A stretch of DNA of 64,000 bases, taken from positions 439,586-503,585 of the forward strand of contig CAWBEI010000003.1 of NCBI GenBank assembly GCA_963787835.1. Reading direction: 5' to 3'. Positions 8,707-20,419 of this stretch are shown here, piece by piece. Both the position numbers and the translations under genes were made by a program. Within the stretch, counting starts at the first letter, position 1, and every line of letters begins with the position of its first letter. The notes under the pieces are model-generated. The model ran no database searches. It worked only from the letters and a program-made list of their open reading frames with translations, and was not told where the DNA came from. This DNA is from Ignavibacteriota bacterium (lineage in GTDB: Bacteria; Bacteroidota; Ignavibacteria; Palsa-1295).

Positions 8707-9877
8707 TCGTTGAATCCTTCTTCATAAGATTATCGAGATCTGCGGAAAAGCTCAAACGGTTCTCCGGCCCGAGTGCATTATTGATCGAGAGCGAGTAATT
8801 GATGTCGATCTTATGCTCCCAATTATAACCTGCTCCGGTCGTGAACTCCCCCTGATCGAGGCCGAGCCGAAGCGAGATGTTCTTTTCGTAGGTCATCTCC
8901 AAACCGAAGCGTGGCAACGCCCGTTCATTCATCAGGTAGTCTGTGGAAAATGTAGCGACAGACTGAATGGCTGGAATCGGCTGGGCATACGCGATCCCGC
9001 CATTGACCTGCATGGGAATGATCTCAGTTCGCTGGGTACTCCAGGCGAGTTGTGTTCCCGCAATATCGGTGACCGAAACACCTAAGGAAACCTTACCAAG
9101 CGCGGGATTCAACAAAAATTCCGCGAGAGAAAACCGGAGCATCGCACCACCATCGACTCCAATGGCATTCGCCGTGCCAAAACTCCCGATCGCCTGATGA
9201 ATGACCTTGAAATTAATTCCAATGGGTACTTCGATCTGTTCTTTGTAATAGAGCCAGCCCCAGTCCAGCGTAAATTTATTATCCCGCGCGATCGATAGCA
9301 CGATGGCATCCTCATTATCGCTGAAATAATTCGGAGCGCCGTCATATATTTCCTCGACGAGTTGCGCGCGTTCATCGGTAACACTGACATTAGTAAGATC
9401 CGGCGTTTGATTGAGATCGCCGACGGAAAGCCGCACCCAGTTCAAAGCCAGCGTCATATCCTTCATTGGATAAGTAAACCCAAGCTGATAAAAGTTTGCA
9501 AGTGAGTTCCCAGGTGTTCCATATTCAGCGGAATACATAAACCCAAAGAGCTGATCCGGAATTAACGAAACGCCCGCAGGATTCCAGTGAAATGCGGACT
9601 CATCATTCGCAATGGCAGTATAAGCGCCGCCCATCCCGAGTGCGCGTGACCCGACCGGGATCCGAAGAAATTCCCCGGCATAAAGATCCTGAGCATGCGA
9701 CGAAGAAACACTCCCGACGAGCAAGGTCATTGCGAGAAGGATTTCGAAGCGAAGCGACGAAATCCGACGAAGCAATCTCTTCGGGGAAGGATATTGCTTC
9801 GTCGAACAAATCTCCCTCTGGTCGATTCGTTCTCCTCGCAATGACAATATATATATATGCCTATCGAACACGCGCAA
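8699..9877 (-). CDS. PorV/PorQ-family outer-membrane beta-barrel (T9SS shuttle-like); start uncertain
   Basis: EFLRIPVGSRALGMGGAYTAIANDESAFHWNPAG; lies directly after a C25 peptidase; N-terminus overlaps a palindromic repeat. Confidence 0.85.
   Translation of the reverse strand: MRVFDRHIYILSLRGERIDQREICSTKQYPSPKRLLRRISSLRFEILLAMTLLVGSVSSSHAQDLYAGEFLRIPVGSRALGMGGAYTAIANDESAFHWNPAGVSLIPDQLFGFMYSAEYGTPGNSLANFYQLGFTYPMKDMTLALNWVRLSVGDLNQTPDLTNVSVTDERAQLVEEIYDGAPNYFSDNEDAIVLSIARDNKFTLDWGWLYYKEQIEVPIGINFKVIHQAIGSFGTANAIGVDGGAMLRFSLAEFLLNPALGKVSLGVSVTDIAGTQLAWSTQRTEIIPMQVNGGIAYAQPIPAIQSVATFSTDYLMNERALPRFGLEMTYEKNISLRLGLDQGEFTTGAGYNWEHKIDINYSLSINNALGPENRLSFSADLDNLMKKDSTSE
9726..9845. repeat. Four-way-junction palindromic repeat, copy 1
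   Basis: GTCATTGCGAG...GACGAAGCAAT...ATTGCTTCGTC...CTCGCAATGAC, shared with 22057-22182 and 62363-62480. Confidence 0.92.
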
Positions 9878-12800
9878 ATTTTCCTTTTACCTCTTGTGTC
9901 GATGATGACGTATTGACCGTCAGTCTGTAAAAATACACTCCATTGGCGACCTCCGCACCACCGTCATCCAGACCATTCCACCATACCTCATGATAGCCGA
10001 TGCTGGTCGGCGTTCCGGTACCGCCCTGCAAAAAGCCGAAGGTTCGCGTTGGATCGGTGGATGGGTAACTCATCGTACGGATACGCCTCCCGCTAACAGT
10101 ATAAATATCGAGACTCACCGATTGTGCGTACGCAATACCGCTGATCTGATAGGCAATGAACATTTGCACCCCAGTGAACGGATTTGGGAACGAACCAAGT
10201 ACGACCACCCCGAACTGATTCGATACATGGACATCCAGTTCTTTCGCCGGAGCATTCGTTTGTCCGTTATTATCCGTCGCCTGAATAGTGATGGTATGGT
10301 TACCGCTCGAAAGCGATGGCTGCATCGTGAGATTTAATGTGGTCTGCGTTCGGCTCGAATCCAGCATGACATACTGCGATGGCTGAAGCGCGCGGTTATC
10401 GATCTTCACGATCGTTTTTCCCGGCGTAATGTCGATACCATTGGCATCCTGAATGATCGCATCGAGTTTCGGCTGTGGAGGAACTTCGCCGTTATTGATG
10501 AACACCTGCCCTTCGACCGTAATATCCACGATAGGTGGAACCTTATCCGTATTATACGCAATCGCGAACGTGCCGAGATTGGTGATCGAAGCAGTCAACT
10601 GATTTGGCGAAGGACGTGACGTGGAAAGAATGGTCCATAGTTTTGATCGGTCGTCCAGGCGATAAATAAAAAGGCTGTCGTTGCTATGGAGCTTAATAAG
10701 CGAATCGTTCAGATTCAAGGTTACGGTAAGTGTCGAAGGACCAAACCTCGAAGTAGTAAGCGCGATGGCACCAAGTGAATCGCTCACAATGCGAAGGCTT
10801 GAATAGCGCACTTTCTTGTCCGTGTACATGGGCAGGAAGTGAATATCCGGCTGGGCGGTTTGCGCTGGAGTATAAACTCGGGCTACGCGAATGACATCGG
10901 CACCGATATTCCCTTCCGCACCAGGTTGCAGACCCAGGACAACCTCACCATTGTTGAAGACCGCAGGTGTTGTGGATACTCCATCCGATGTCGTTCCCAC
11001 GGCGGAAAGATAGGCAACAGCGCCAGGCGCAAAAGCGAGAGGCAGCGTGGTATCGTTGGTTGTGATACTATCTCGTAGATTAAGTGGGCCAATGCCCGCT
11101 TCCGGAGTAATTGCAAACGCCAGTGTGGACGAATCGAGCGAGGTGATCACAAGTGGGATACTCACCAAGGTATCACTGTGTGAAGCAATTTCACTTACAG
11201 AGGTGCTTCCAAGTAACTGTGGCGCACCGGATCGCATATTCAACAGCGAGGCCATCGCCGAACTCACTGGAGATGACCCCCAATTGTACACAAATTCGTT
11301 CCATACCAGCCCGTTTTTCGTCGATGCGTATTTGCCACTAACCGAACGGTGGTACAGATCTTTATCCGCCGAAGGATCGCTGGCCGCTCCAACAATAATA
11401 TAAATTGAATCCGAGGTAATATTATCGCTGCCCGGCAATCAGAGAAACGGTGGCCACGACTTTATTTCCCGCACTTATCGTGCTGGCCGGAATGACGACG
11501 TGATACCGATCCGAGATCGGCAGCATCGTCATCGGAGGTAACGCATTCGCTGTGACCACCCCGTTTGCACTTTGCGAATAGATCGTGATATTCGCTGTCA
11601 CGCTTGTGATCGGCTGTGGGGTCTGGATTGCCGCGCTGAAATCCAGCGGCAGGCCCACCGGCAAGGGATGTGGCTCAAAATCCAACTCGGTTATTCGGGA
11701 ATTAGTAATGGTTATATCTTCTGCGGTAGCAGCAAACTGGTTCGTCGATTTATCATACACAATAGCACGGTACGTTCCGTACGGCATGGTAACGATCGGA
11801 ACATTATCGGTCAGCGTAAACGCACCACCCGTGACGGGGATATTGTCTATACTATGCACCGGTGATAGCGGGCTGAGGACATCGTTGGCAAGTTCGATAC
11901 GCGCCACGCCACTCTTGATCGTGGTTGTGCCTGTTAGCTGCACCGTCCCCGAAGGCTGAAGGACACGGCTGGAAAGCGTAAGCCCAACTCTATCCGTCGG
12001 ATAATTTGGCGATAGCAATGGATCACCCAAAAAATGGTAGCAATAGACGAGCGTCGGAGGGATAAGATCGCCAGAAAGCGCCTCGGAAAGAAAATCCATC
12101 TTGGCGTCGATGATGCGCTCGGCCATCGTTCCACCGACGGAATCATAGATGCGTGGAACAACCGCTTCTGCAAGACGGGCATCATTTTGCTCCCATCCAA
12201 AACTTGTGGTTCCCAACGCTGCGATCGAGCCGGCACTTGCAATATTTTGTAGGCTATTGAGTATCCCAGTGTTCGGACCATCGTATGTTGCGGTAAAGCA
12301 GGTCATGCTCAGAACGAGTGGATACCGTGCATTATTATTGAAGCCCGTTACCTGGGGATTTGACAGGAACGGCGGACCGCTGGTGTCATTGACGGGATCA
12401 TCCCAAATATCTGCGCCGCCATGGCCGAAATAGGCGATCAGTCCTAGCCCATTGTTGACATTATCAAATACGGTTTCTTGGGTTCCATGATAAGGTGACG
12501 CGGGAACTGTCGATTGACGCAGCACACTGACACGTTCCGGAAGCGCACCCTGCAAAATTCTACCGATGCCAGTATCGAAACTTCCACCGGCTCCAATAAA
12601 GAGCGCGCGGTCTTTCCAGTCTCCGGGAATCGCGGGATCGGATTCAAATTGTTTGAGCTTAGTGATATACGCCGCATCGCCGCTAATGTTCGAAGTTGCA
12701 AGACGGCCCAGAACCAGATCCGGCACAAGGTCATTGCTATCGAGCATGGAATACCATGCATCGGCAGCGACATCCCCTTCGATATAAGCCTGAATATAGG

Positions 12801-15123
12801 GCGCGGGAACCTGATCGTTTGGGAAATATTCTTCCGAATCGTCCGTGCCTTCGTGCGTTACCCCGACAAGCAGCACATATTTGGGAGGATCTTGCCAATT
12901 ATTATAGGCATACGTTAAAAATGATTTGATCGCATTTGCGGATGGACTCCCATAATGAAATTCATCATAGATATTTGCAACATCGATGAGCTGAGTGGTC
13001 ACATGGTTCGTGCTGGCGCGGTAACTTAGCAGATCCTGCAGCGGAACATGTGCGTTGTTATTCCCTTTCGGAAGATGGTCGCGATTTGTGATGACGATAT
13101 ACTCGCCAGAGTTCGATGGCGAGGCAAGGCCGGCAAAATTGTCCTTCTCATACTTGTAAGGCTTGAGCTTGCCGGAATCCGTGACAGCGAAAAACTCGTC
13201 GGCTGCACTGGTAATATTAACCTGAAAGATCGCCTGCGTACTACGCTCCTGCTTGGGATTAGAAACGAAGACAACATTGGATATCTTCGAAATCCCCTTC
13301 CGATAAATGGAAATATCGGTGCGATCGAAATTTTGCAGCGTAAATTGATACAGTCCTGCGGTGCTGTATTGCGGCGCATGAAAGGTGATCGTGTCCTGAT
13401 AGGCATAATACCTGCGATTATATCCGATCTCGATCCAATTGAACGCGAATCGGCAACTTTGAACCGGTGTCTGCTTTTGCTGCGCGACTGTGATCGCGAT
13501 CGGTGGAAGTCCTCCGCTGGTATCTGCCGGATTAACGCCCAACAACTGCGCGGATGGAATATAGGAGACAAGCTGCGATGCCGTGTCGGTCGACAGGAAC
13601 TTCAAGTTCTGACCGCTCCAGACGCCGTGCAGCACTGCTTGCTGATTGACCGAGATCAACGCATCTTCTTCGCTATCGACATACGGAAGGGGGTTACCTT
13701 TCTCATCGGTCGCGCCCTGCACATAATCATCGATACCATGCAGCGCGACCCGAAAAGAAACTGGCCGGTTTTGCCGCACATCCGGGTACGGCACAATGGT
13801 ACTTGCCGTGTAACTCGAAGGATATGTTCCACCCGTCGAAACGATTCCCATAAACCAGTGATCTCGCAGATCGGAACGCTGATCGATATCCGTGACATCG
13901 AGCGGGTCAGAAATGTTATCTTGCTCGAAGTGTATCTTGGTCGCGAATGAGCTATCCTTCAGATCGACATAAAAACTGTTGCGCGGATAAGGCGACCGGT
14001 TAGCCGTTCGGATTTCACCCGATTCCTCCGCCAACCGCTTTACTCCCGTCACTGGGATCGGTGAATAATGACTTCCCCACACGAGGAAATAAATATTGTT
14101 TTTTGTGTCCGGGTCGTAATAAAAATCCCCAAGCGTATCTGGCCCGTTATACCGCTCCTTGTTGCCAAAGAACTCGAAATAATCATCCGAATGAAAATGG
14201 CCATCCTGATAAATATCGGAAACATAGACGGCAACTTGCTGCCCTTTATTAATGACCCGCAAGGTTGCTGGATCGATCTGCGAAGGATCGATCCCAAAAT
14301 GTTGGAGATCGCTAAAAGTGATATGATAAATACCGCTCTGGCGGACGTACATCCGATAGACATTTCCATCGTCAGACTGAATGCCGGGAAGTTGCTGAAC
14401 ATCCCCGACCGACAGTGTTTGCATGCCTTTAGACTGGCCACGACTCGCAGCAAGACGCGATCTAAACACTCCGTTCGATACTTTGAACGGCTCATTTAAG
14501 TCTGTGACCGGTAGTGATGAAAGCCCCGACGGATCGGTAATTTGGACAATGATCTTTTTCGCCGCGCGAATAGTGGACGAACCGGATCTATCCAGAATTC
14601 CCAGTTCGAGTCGCGAAATATCAGCCGCCCGCATCGTTCCCATAAAGGTAAGCCCAGCATAGCCGATTCCGTGGTGCTCACTGGATATCGGCTTCGGTCG
14701 GTGAACCGACGCTCCCGGCTTCCCATTACTCGCAACATCCTCGATTAGTGTGCTGGTGAGGTCAAGTTTATTTGCCGTTGTGTTCACATCGTTATGCGAA
14801 AGGATCGTTACACTTGCATGGCGAGAAACCCGGAGCGGGATCGCGATCGAAGCTAAGGCATCGCCGCCCTGAACTTGTCCGGAAATTCGGCGAACGCGAA
14901 GCACCTTTTGAAAGGTATCGAACGTGGGTGAAGGGAGCGTGACTTCAATCGTTACCGTGTTCCCCGATCGTTTCAATTCCCGTACCTTAACACCTCCTGG
15001 AAGATGAGCGCGAGAGGACACCGCGAATAGCAGGATGCTAATCGCGCAAGCAAACCCGATGCATCGTTTGGGATGCAGACATCGAAGGCGATTCGAATGG
15101 CGCATGGAGCGCGGCCAGAGCAT
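9861..15123 (-). CDS. PorU-like C25 (gingipain-family) cysteine peptidase with a C-terminal sorting domain; one gene split by a +1 frameshift near 11432
   Basis: ORF 11422-15123 has IYDEFHYG, PKYVLLVG, YFGHGG (His), SMTCFT (Cys), FLGDP. ORF 9861-11438 continues it (DKVPPIVD, FPNPF, ANGVYFYRL). Removing one G at 11431-11433 fuses them into ~1753 aa. Confidence 0.85.
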
Positions 15124-15371
15124 CGAAAATAATTCGACTTTATTAATGGCACATCATCTCAGAAGACCAAACGCGGGGCAACGCTGGCAAACCTGAGTAC
15201 AGAGCGTGGCGATGGATGATGAATCACCCACACTTCTACATAATACTACACAAAAATGACCTCAGTTCAGTTCATTTTTGAGAAAACTTGCATTCAAGCG
15301 GCACAAGAATCCACTGCTCCCTGTTTCGCTACCCTGTCCACATTCAGGAATGTGGGCGCTAACCATGTTTT

Positions 15372-15459
15372 GGAGAGGTGCAGGAGTGGTTTATCTGGGT
15401 CGCCTGGAAAGCGGCTGTACGTTAATAGCGTACCGAGAGTTCGAATCTCTCCTTCTCCG
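15372..15459 (+). tRNA. tRNA-Ser (anticodon GGA)
   Basis: Acceptor GGAGAGG/CTTCTCC-G, anticodon arm GTCGC-CTGGAAA-GCGGC, long variable arm GTACG..CGTAC, T arm GAGAG-TTCGAAT-CTCTC; CCA not encoded. Confidence 0.97.
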
Positions 15460-15898
15460 CTGTAATTGAGGTGTGGACCATTTGGGGCTCTTCGAGATGA
15501 CTGAGAGCGTACGTATCGAGTCTTTATATGTCTTTTATGAAAAGTAAGCGTCACTTATAAATTATTCATAATTTTTATTTGTAACCCGAGCGACCTTGTG
15601 CGTTTTAAATAATAGGAAGGATTCTGTCAATGAGAGAGATCGGGGGGCTGCACTATGGATTCGGAAGTCGGGGAGAAGGTAGCTGGCTTTCCTATTCAAC
15701 CGACAGGTTTTCCTATTAAAGATTGTATTTTTCGGAGTGGTCGTTTCGGGCAGGAGAAATTAAGTTTTTGTAACTTCTTTTGCTGTTTAATTCGTTGTTT
15801 TGGTACCAACTATGACCATGACACATTCTAACCCTTTCGTTTTTTTCGCAGCGGGCGGCAGGAATCGTGTGTCCTCTATGATACAGATATTATTCCTG

Positions 15899-18800
15899 AT
15901 GCGGGCATTTTCCAGGGTGCGGGTGGTAGTATGGGTTGCAACGATCATCCTGTTATCGTCCATGCTGTTTTCAGAAACCGCATTGGCGCAGAACCCGCTG
16001 ATCAACCATACCATCGTCAAAACGCACAACACCCCTCCCCCCGAGGGCCGGGATTTCTGGTTCTCGATGATGTCCAACTACTGGGGCCAGGACTTAGGCG
16101 GGAAGTACATGCGTATTTACATTACGTCCGCAAACAATTGCACGGCGTTTGTCGAGTCCAATGGGAACACGACGCCCGTGCCGGTTCAGGCCTATCAGAT
16201 CTCCAGTTTCAAAATTCCAGAGTTTTGGGAAATGGAGTCCAGCGGTATCGTGGAAAATAAGGCGATCCATGTTTATTCCAATACGGCTGACCTTACGGTC
16301 TATGATATGTCCCATAACGCCTATACGTCGGATGGTTCGTATATTATTCCAACGATCGGCTGGGGCACGGATTATGTTGTTGCTGCGTATGGCTCGCTGT
16401 TCGAAGGAAGCGGTTCTTATATTTATGATCTTCCTTCCACGTTAGCTATTACCGCCGATCAGGACAATACTATTGTTACGATTACTCCAACGTGCGATTG
16501 CCGCAAATGTACCAGCGGAAATGTCAACGGAGATGCCAATTCCACGATCCTCGTGTATCCGCAAGGCGTTCCTGTTCAGTTCCAGCTTGATCGTGGGCAA
16601 TGCATGGAATTAATGCCCATTAAGGCGTCGGATCCGGATAATTTTGACCTGACGGGAACGATCATACATTCGAATGTGCCCGTCGGCGTGTCCGGCGGAT
16701 CCGTTTGCCCAAACATTCCGTCGGACTTTCCCTATTGCGATCACGTCGAGGATATGCTTCCTCCCATTCGAACCTGGGCTGAAACCTATTATACGACCAA
16801 TCCCCAGCAGCCTGAAGGTTCAACGGATGACTATGCCCGCTACTGTTTTATTTCGTCGGTACCGGGGCAAACGATCACTCGGCATGATTATGTGTCCGGC
16901 GACCACACCGAATGTATCATTCCTAACCAATATGGTATCTATTGGGATGAATTAGAACTTGGTCAAAAGTTTACGAGCACGGCGCCATTCCTCTGTGTAT
17001 GGTATATCAATAGTGCTACATACCCCAATGGCCAAAACGGCAATGGCGATCCTGCCGAGTGTATTATTAATCCAAAAGAGCAATATACCACGACGGTCGT
17101 TTTTGAGACTCCGGAGAGCGTCGGTAATATCGTGCCGTACGATAATTATGCAAATATTATTTGCCGCGACACCGACGCGCGATACACGCTCTACGATGGA
17201 AAAGGAATTCTCGGCCTGGGCGCTCAACCCATTGACGATACTTTCGAGATCTTCAACGTGCCTCATATCGCACCCGGCACGCATACCGTGGTGCAGGATC
17301 TTGTACATGATTCCACGGCCGCCGGCGTTGGGGTGTATATCTATGGTTATGGCTATGACGAATCCTACGCCTGGGCCGGCAGTTTCGGAACTGGTACGTT
17401 CCATTCACCGGACTCGATTCCCCCGCTTGCCGATACTATGGGCCATTGCTTCTCCGCGTATGTCCATGTAAGCGATTCCGGACTGTTGCCGGATGGCATC
17501 AATAAACAGAGCGGCCTCGGCGAAATACGGCTTGACTCGGTCTATAATATGGCCTACCTGCCCGATCCTAACTTTGTGGAGGGAGCAGGACAAGATAGCA
17601 GCGATTATAGTATGTACGTGGTCGATGTGACCAAACCAGCCATACTCGTTATCGATGCCTATGATATTGCCGGTAATGAAACGAAGATCACAAGCACCTA
17701 TGAACCCCTTGTGGACAGCATGAAGCCGACGCTGCAAAATGTTGGTGTGTGGAATCCGGGAACTCCGCCGGATACGGCGTACGATACACTTTACAATTTA
17801 GGAGAGCTACCACTCAAACTAGACGAACTTCATCTGATGTATGGCAATGTTGGATTCACGATCTACGATAGTATTGGCGGGCCGATCGATACGTCTCCGA
17901 TCCCTCCGGGACAATATCGATTGATCGAGATCCAATTCAAGGCATTGGTTTCCACCAAAGCGGTTGACAGCATTATCTATGGTAATGCCTGCAATCCGCA
18001 ATCGGTGGCAGTGATCGGCAGCGGCGGCGCAGCGGACTTTGTTGTGACCGACCAAACCTGGCCAAATGAGCCGCTTCAAGGTGGCACTTGCTATCCAAAA
18101 CCGGTTTATATCGAGAATCTCTCGAAGGCTGTGATCACCATTGACTCTGCATGGTGGGCCGATACGATCCATTTCCATCCGGATCCTTCCAATGGGTTCC
18201 CATTCACGGTTCCAGCTTCTCCGGGTAAGGCAACGTTCATTATTGACTATTGTCCGGATTCCAGTTCGCTGATCTCGGCCAATCGTACCGAAGGTAACTG
18301 GACGAGTCCGCAAGTGCTCACCCCCGAACACAAGGAAGACCCACGTTTCGACAGCCTGATCGGCTGGGCCGTGGCACCAAGCGCAATATTCTACCAGGAT
18401 ACGACCATTACGCTCGACTGCCAGAACACGAACGATACCATCACCGCTACTTTCACGATCGCAGCGATCGGTACCAGCATCACAACGATCAATCGCGTGT
18501 ATCAAACCGATACGGTGGATTTCTTCAATCTCATGGGAACCCTCAATAATAACAATTTGACATGGGATCCGACGAAGACCGCCCAACAGCTTGACACCGG
18601 CCAATCCGCGACGATCTCGGTGCAATATATCGCTAAGGGCCAACAGAATGCAACGGTGGTCGATCATTTAGTGGCGTTGGATGGTGAAAATAATGTTATT
18701 GGAGATACCCTTCAGGTAACGATCAATTCCAATTACGCTTCCGGCAGTACGGGTTCAGGAATGCTCACGCTTGCTCCGGTTCCATATCAAACACCGACTC

Positions 18801-20326
18801 CGAGCTCAAGCACCTTCACGATACAAAATACCGCGAATGCACCGCTCGTGATCGATAGCGTTGGGTTACAAGCGGGGATATTCAATCCTGCATTTACCTA
18901 TACGGTGGCAACACTATCGCCCACAACGCTTATAACAACGTTCCCTTATTCCATACCGGCAGGACAAAGTTTGCTCGTCACGGTGAATTTCAATGACTCA
19001 ATATTCCCCGATCCGGCACAACAAGTGGAGTTCGCCATTACCAGTACGAACAGTTGCACCACGTTACCGATGATCGTCACGGCATACGTTACGCATGTTG
19101 GGCCAACAACGTCCGGCTTCGAAGGAGCACCCATCCTTTCCTGCGATACGCAGATGAACAACATTACGATCACTAACGATGGGCCAAGAACCTCAACGTA
19201 CGATGACAGCGATAGGGTTATCTCCGTCCAATGGATTGGCCCAGACAAGGGTAAGTTCTTTACGACCCCGCTTATGCCACCCGCAGTATTCCACGGAAGC
19301 ATGCAGACGATTACGGATCCGGCAGACACGAACGTGAAGCTCCCAGTCGCGGCAAACTACCTTGTTCCCGTGACATTTAAACCGAATCCCGATAGCACAG
19401 GAATCGTTACCTATACCGACGAGCTACAGATCATATTCGTTAACAGCGATGGAGATACCTCGACGCAAGTGATACCAGTATCTGGAACTGCTGGAACAGC
19501 CCTGGTATCCGCCAGTTCAGTTATTGCGAACGTAACAAATGCGTCCGATGGCACATCGGGTCACGCCAATGATATGTTGTCCATGCCAGCAAACGTCTCG
19601 GTGTCGATACCAGGTGGGCTTGCGGGCGTGACGGTCGATCAATTGGCGATCACGGGCGTGACGTTGACGTATGTGATCCCGAATCGTGATATGCTGACGC
19701 TTACAGGTAAGGGATTCAACCCAATTAACCCTTGGGTGATGCCAAATGCACCCGTCGTCACGCCTGGTGCTGGTACTTCGGAGACTATCACGGTCACCCT
19801 GACCGGTGGTCCTTTGAATGCGAATACTACCAGCTTCGGTAACTTCACATTTACAGCGGATCTGGATACGGCAACGAACCTCACCACTCCGGTTCAGCTT
19901 CAGTCCATGCAGCTCTTTACTGGCGCGAGCGGTTCTACGCCGGTCGGAGCGTGTATCGGCAACACGGTATCGGGCACGGACTTCACACTCTTGCTTGCTT
20001 GCGGTGATTCTACACTCCGCACAGTAATGAGAGGCCGAGGCGGGAACATCAGCTTCATTGGCGCGGCTACACCTGACCCTGTCACGTCTGGTAACGTCAC
20101 GGTGAAGTATGCGAATCTCGGTGCAGCCACGATGACACTTGCGATCTACGACGAACTCGGCAACGAGGTCGCTCGTCCGGTCAACAATGTGTTCCAGAAT
20201 GCCGGTGCGTGGCAGGTAACGGCCGATGTATCGAAGCTTCCGAGCGGTACTTATACGTATCGCTTGAGCGGCACCAGCGCGACTGGACCGATGGTAGTCT
20301 CGAACCAATTCGTCATCCAGCGATAG
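15899..20326 (+). CDS. Large secreted protein: IgGFc-binding-like N-terminal domain, Ig-like repeats, T9SS-type CTD
   Basis: Signal peptide from ATG 15899 (frame open from 15800); EGRDFWFSM, DLTGTIIHSNVPVGVSGG, CDHVEDMLPP, GDPA, YDESYAW; C-terminal PDPVT...LPSGTYTYRL. Confidence 0.85.
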   Translation: MRAFSRVRVVVWVATIILLSSMLFSETALAQNPLINHTIVKTHNTPPPEGRDFWFSMMSNYWGQDLGGKYMRIYITSANNCTAFVESNGNTTPVPVQAYQISSFKIPEFWEMESSGIVENKAIHVYSNTADLTVYDMSHNAYTSDGSYIIPTIGWGTDYVVAAYGSLFEGSGSYIYDLPSTLAITADQDNTIVTITPTCDCRKCTSGNVNGDANSTILVYPQGVPVQFQLDRGQCMELMPIKASDPDNFDLTGTIIHSNVPVGVSGGSVCPNIPSDFPYCDHVEDMLPPIRTWAETYYTTNPQQPEGSTDDYARYCFISSVPGQTITRHDYVSGDHTECIIPNQYGIYWDELELGQKFTSTAPFLCVWYINSATYPNGQNGNGDPAECIINPKEQYTTTVVFETPESVGNIVPYDNYANIICRDTDARYTLYDGKGILGLGAQPIDDTFEIFNVPHIAPGTHTVVQDLVHDSTAAGVGVYIYGYGYDESYAWAGSFGTGTFHSPDSIPPLADTMGHCFSAYVHVSDSGLLPDGINKQSGLGEIRLDSVYNMAYLPDPNFVEGAGQDSSDYSMYVVDVTKPAILVIDAYDIAGNETKITSTYEPLVDSMKPTLQNVGVWNPGTPPDTAYDTLYNLGELPLKLDELHLMYGNVGFTIYDSIGGPIDTSPIPPGQYRLIEIQFKALVSTKAVDSIIYGNACNPQSVAVIGSGGAADFVVTDQTWPNEPLQGGTCYPKPVYIENLSKAVITIDSAWWADTIHFHPDPSNGFPFTVPASPGKATFIIDYCPDSSSLISANRTEGNWTSPQVLTPEHKEDPRFDSLIGWAVAPSAIFYQDTTITLDCQNTNDTITATFTIAAIGTSITTINRVYQTDTVDFFNLMGTLNNNNLTWDPTKTAQQLDTGQSATISVQYIAKGQQNATVVDHLVALDGENNVIGDTLQVTINSNYASGSTGSGMLTLAPVPYQTPTPSSSTFTIQNTANAPLVIDSVGLQAGIFNPAFTYTVATLSPTTLITTFPYSIPAGQSLLVTVNFNDSIFPDPAQQVEFAITSTNSCTTLPMIVTAYVTHVGPTTSGFEGAPILSCDTQMNNITITNDGPRTSTYDDSDRVISVQWIGPDKGKFFTTPLMPPAVFHGSMQTITDPADTNVKLPVAANYLVPVTFKPNPDSTGIVTYTDELQIIFVNSDGDTSTQVIPVSGTAGTALVSASSVIANVTNASDGTSGHANDMLSMPANVSVSIPGGLAGVTVDQLAITGVTLTYVIPNRDMLTLTGKGFNPINPWVMPNAPVVTPGAGTSETITVTLTGGPLNANTTSFGNFTFTADLDTATNLTTPVQLQSMQLFTGASGSTPVGACIGNTVSGTDFTLLLACGDSTLRTVMRGRGGNISFIGAATPDPVTSGNVTVKYANLGAATMTLAIYDELGNEVARPVNNVFQNAGAWQVTADVSKLPSGTYTYRLSGTSATGPMVVSNQFVIQR

Positions 20327-20419
20327 AGGAATCGTCCGAAATGAGATGATGTTGCGTTTTCTGTGCTTTATCGGTCATGCAAGTCAATGCGACGTCGGAG
20401 ATATTAATGTTGAAAAAAA

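Noticed and set aside
15372-15800. tRNA-Ser as an integration site for an island
   Set aside because: No integrase and no duplicated tRNA 3' end seen in the window
15578-15800. TGTAAC...CGTT ECF-like promoters before the IgGFc gene
   Set aside because: Spacings of 15 and 18 nt do not fit the usual 16-17
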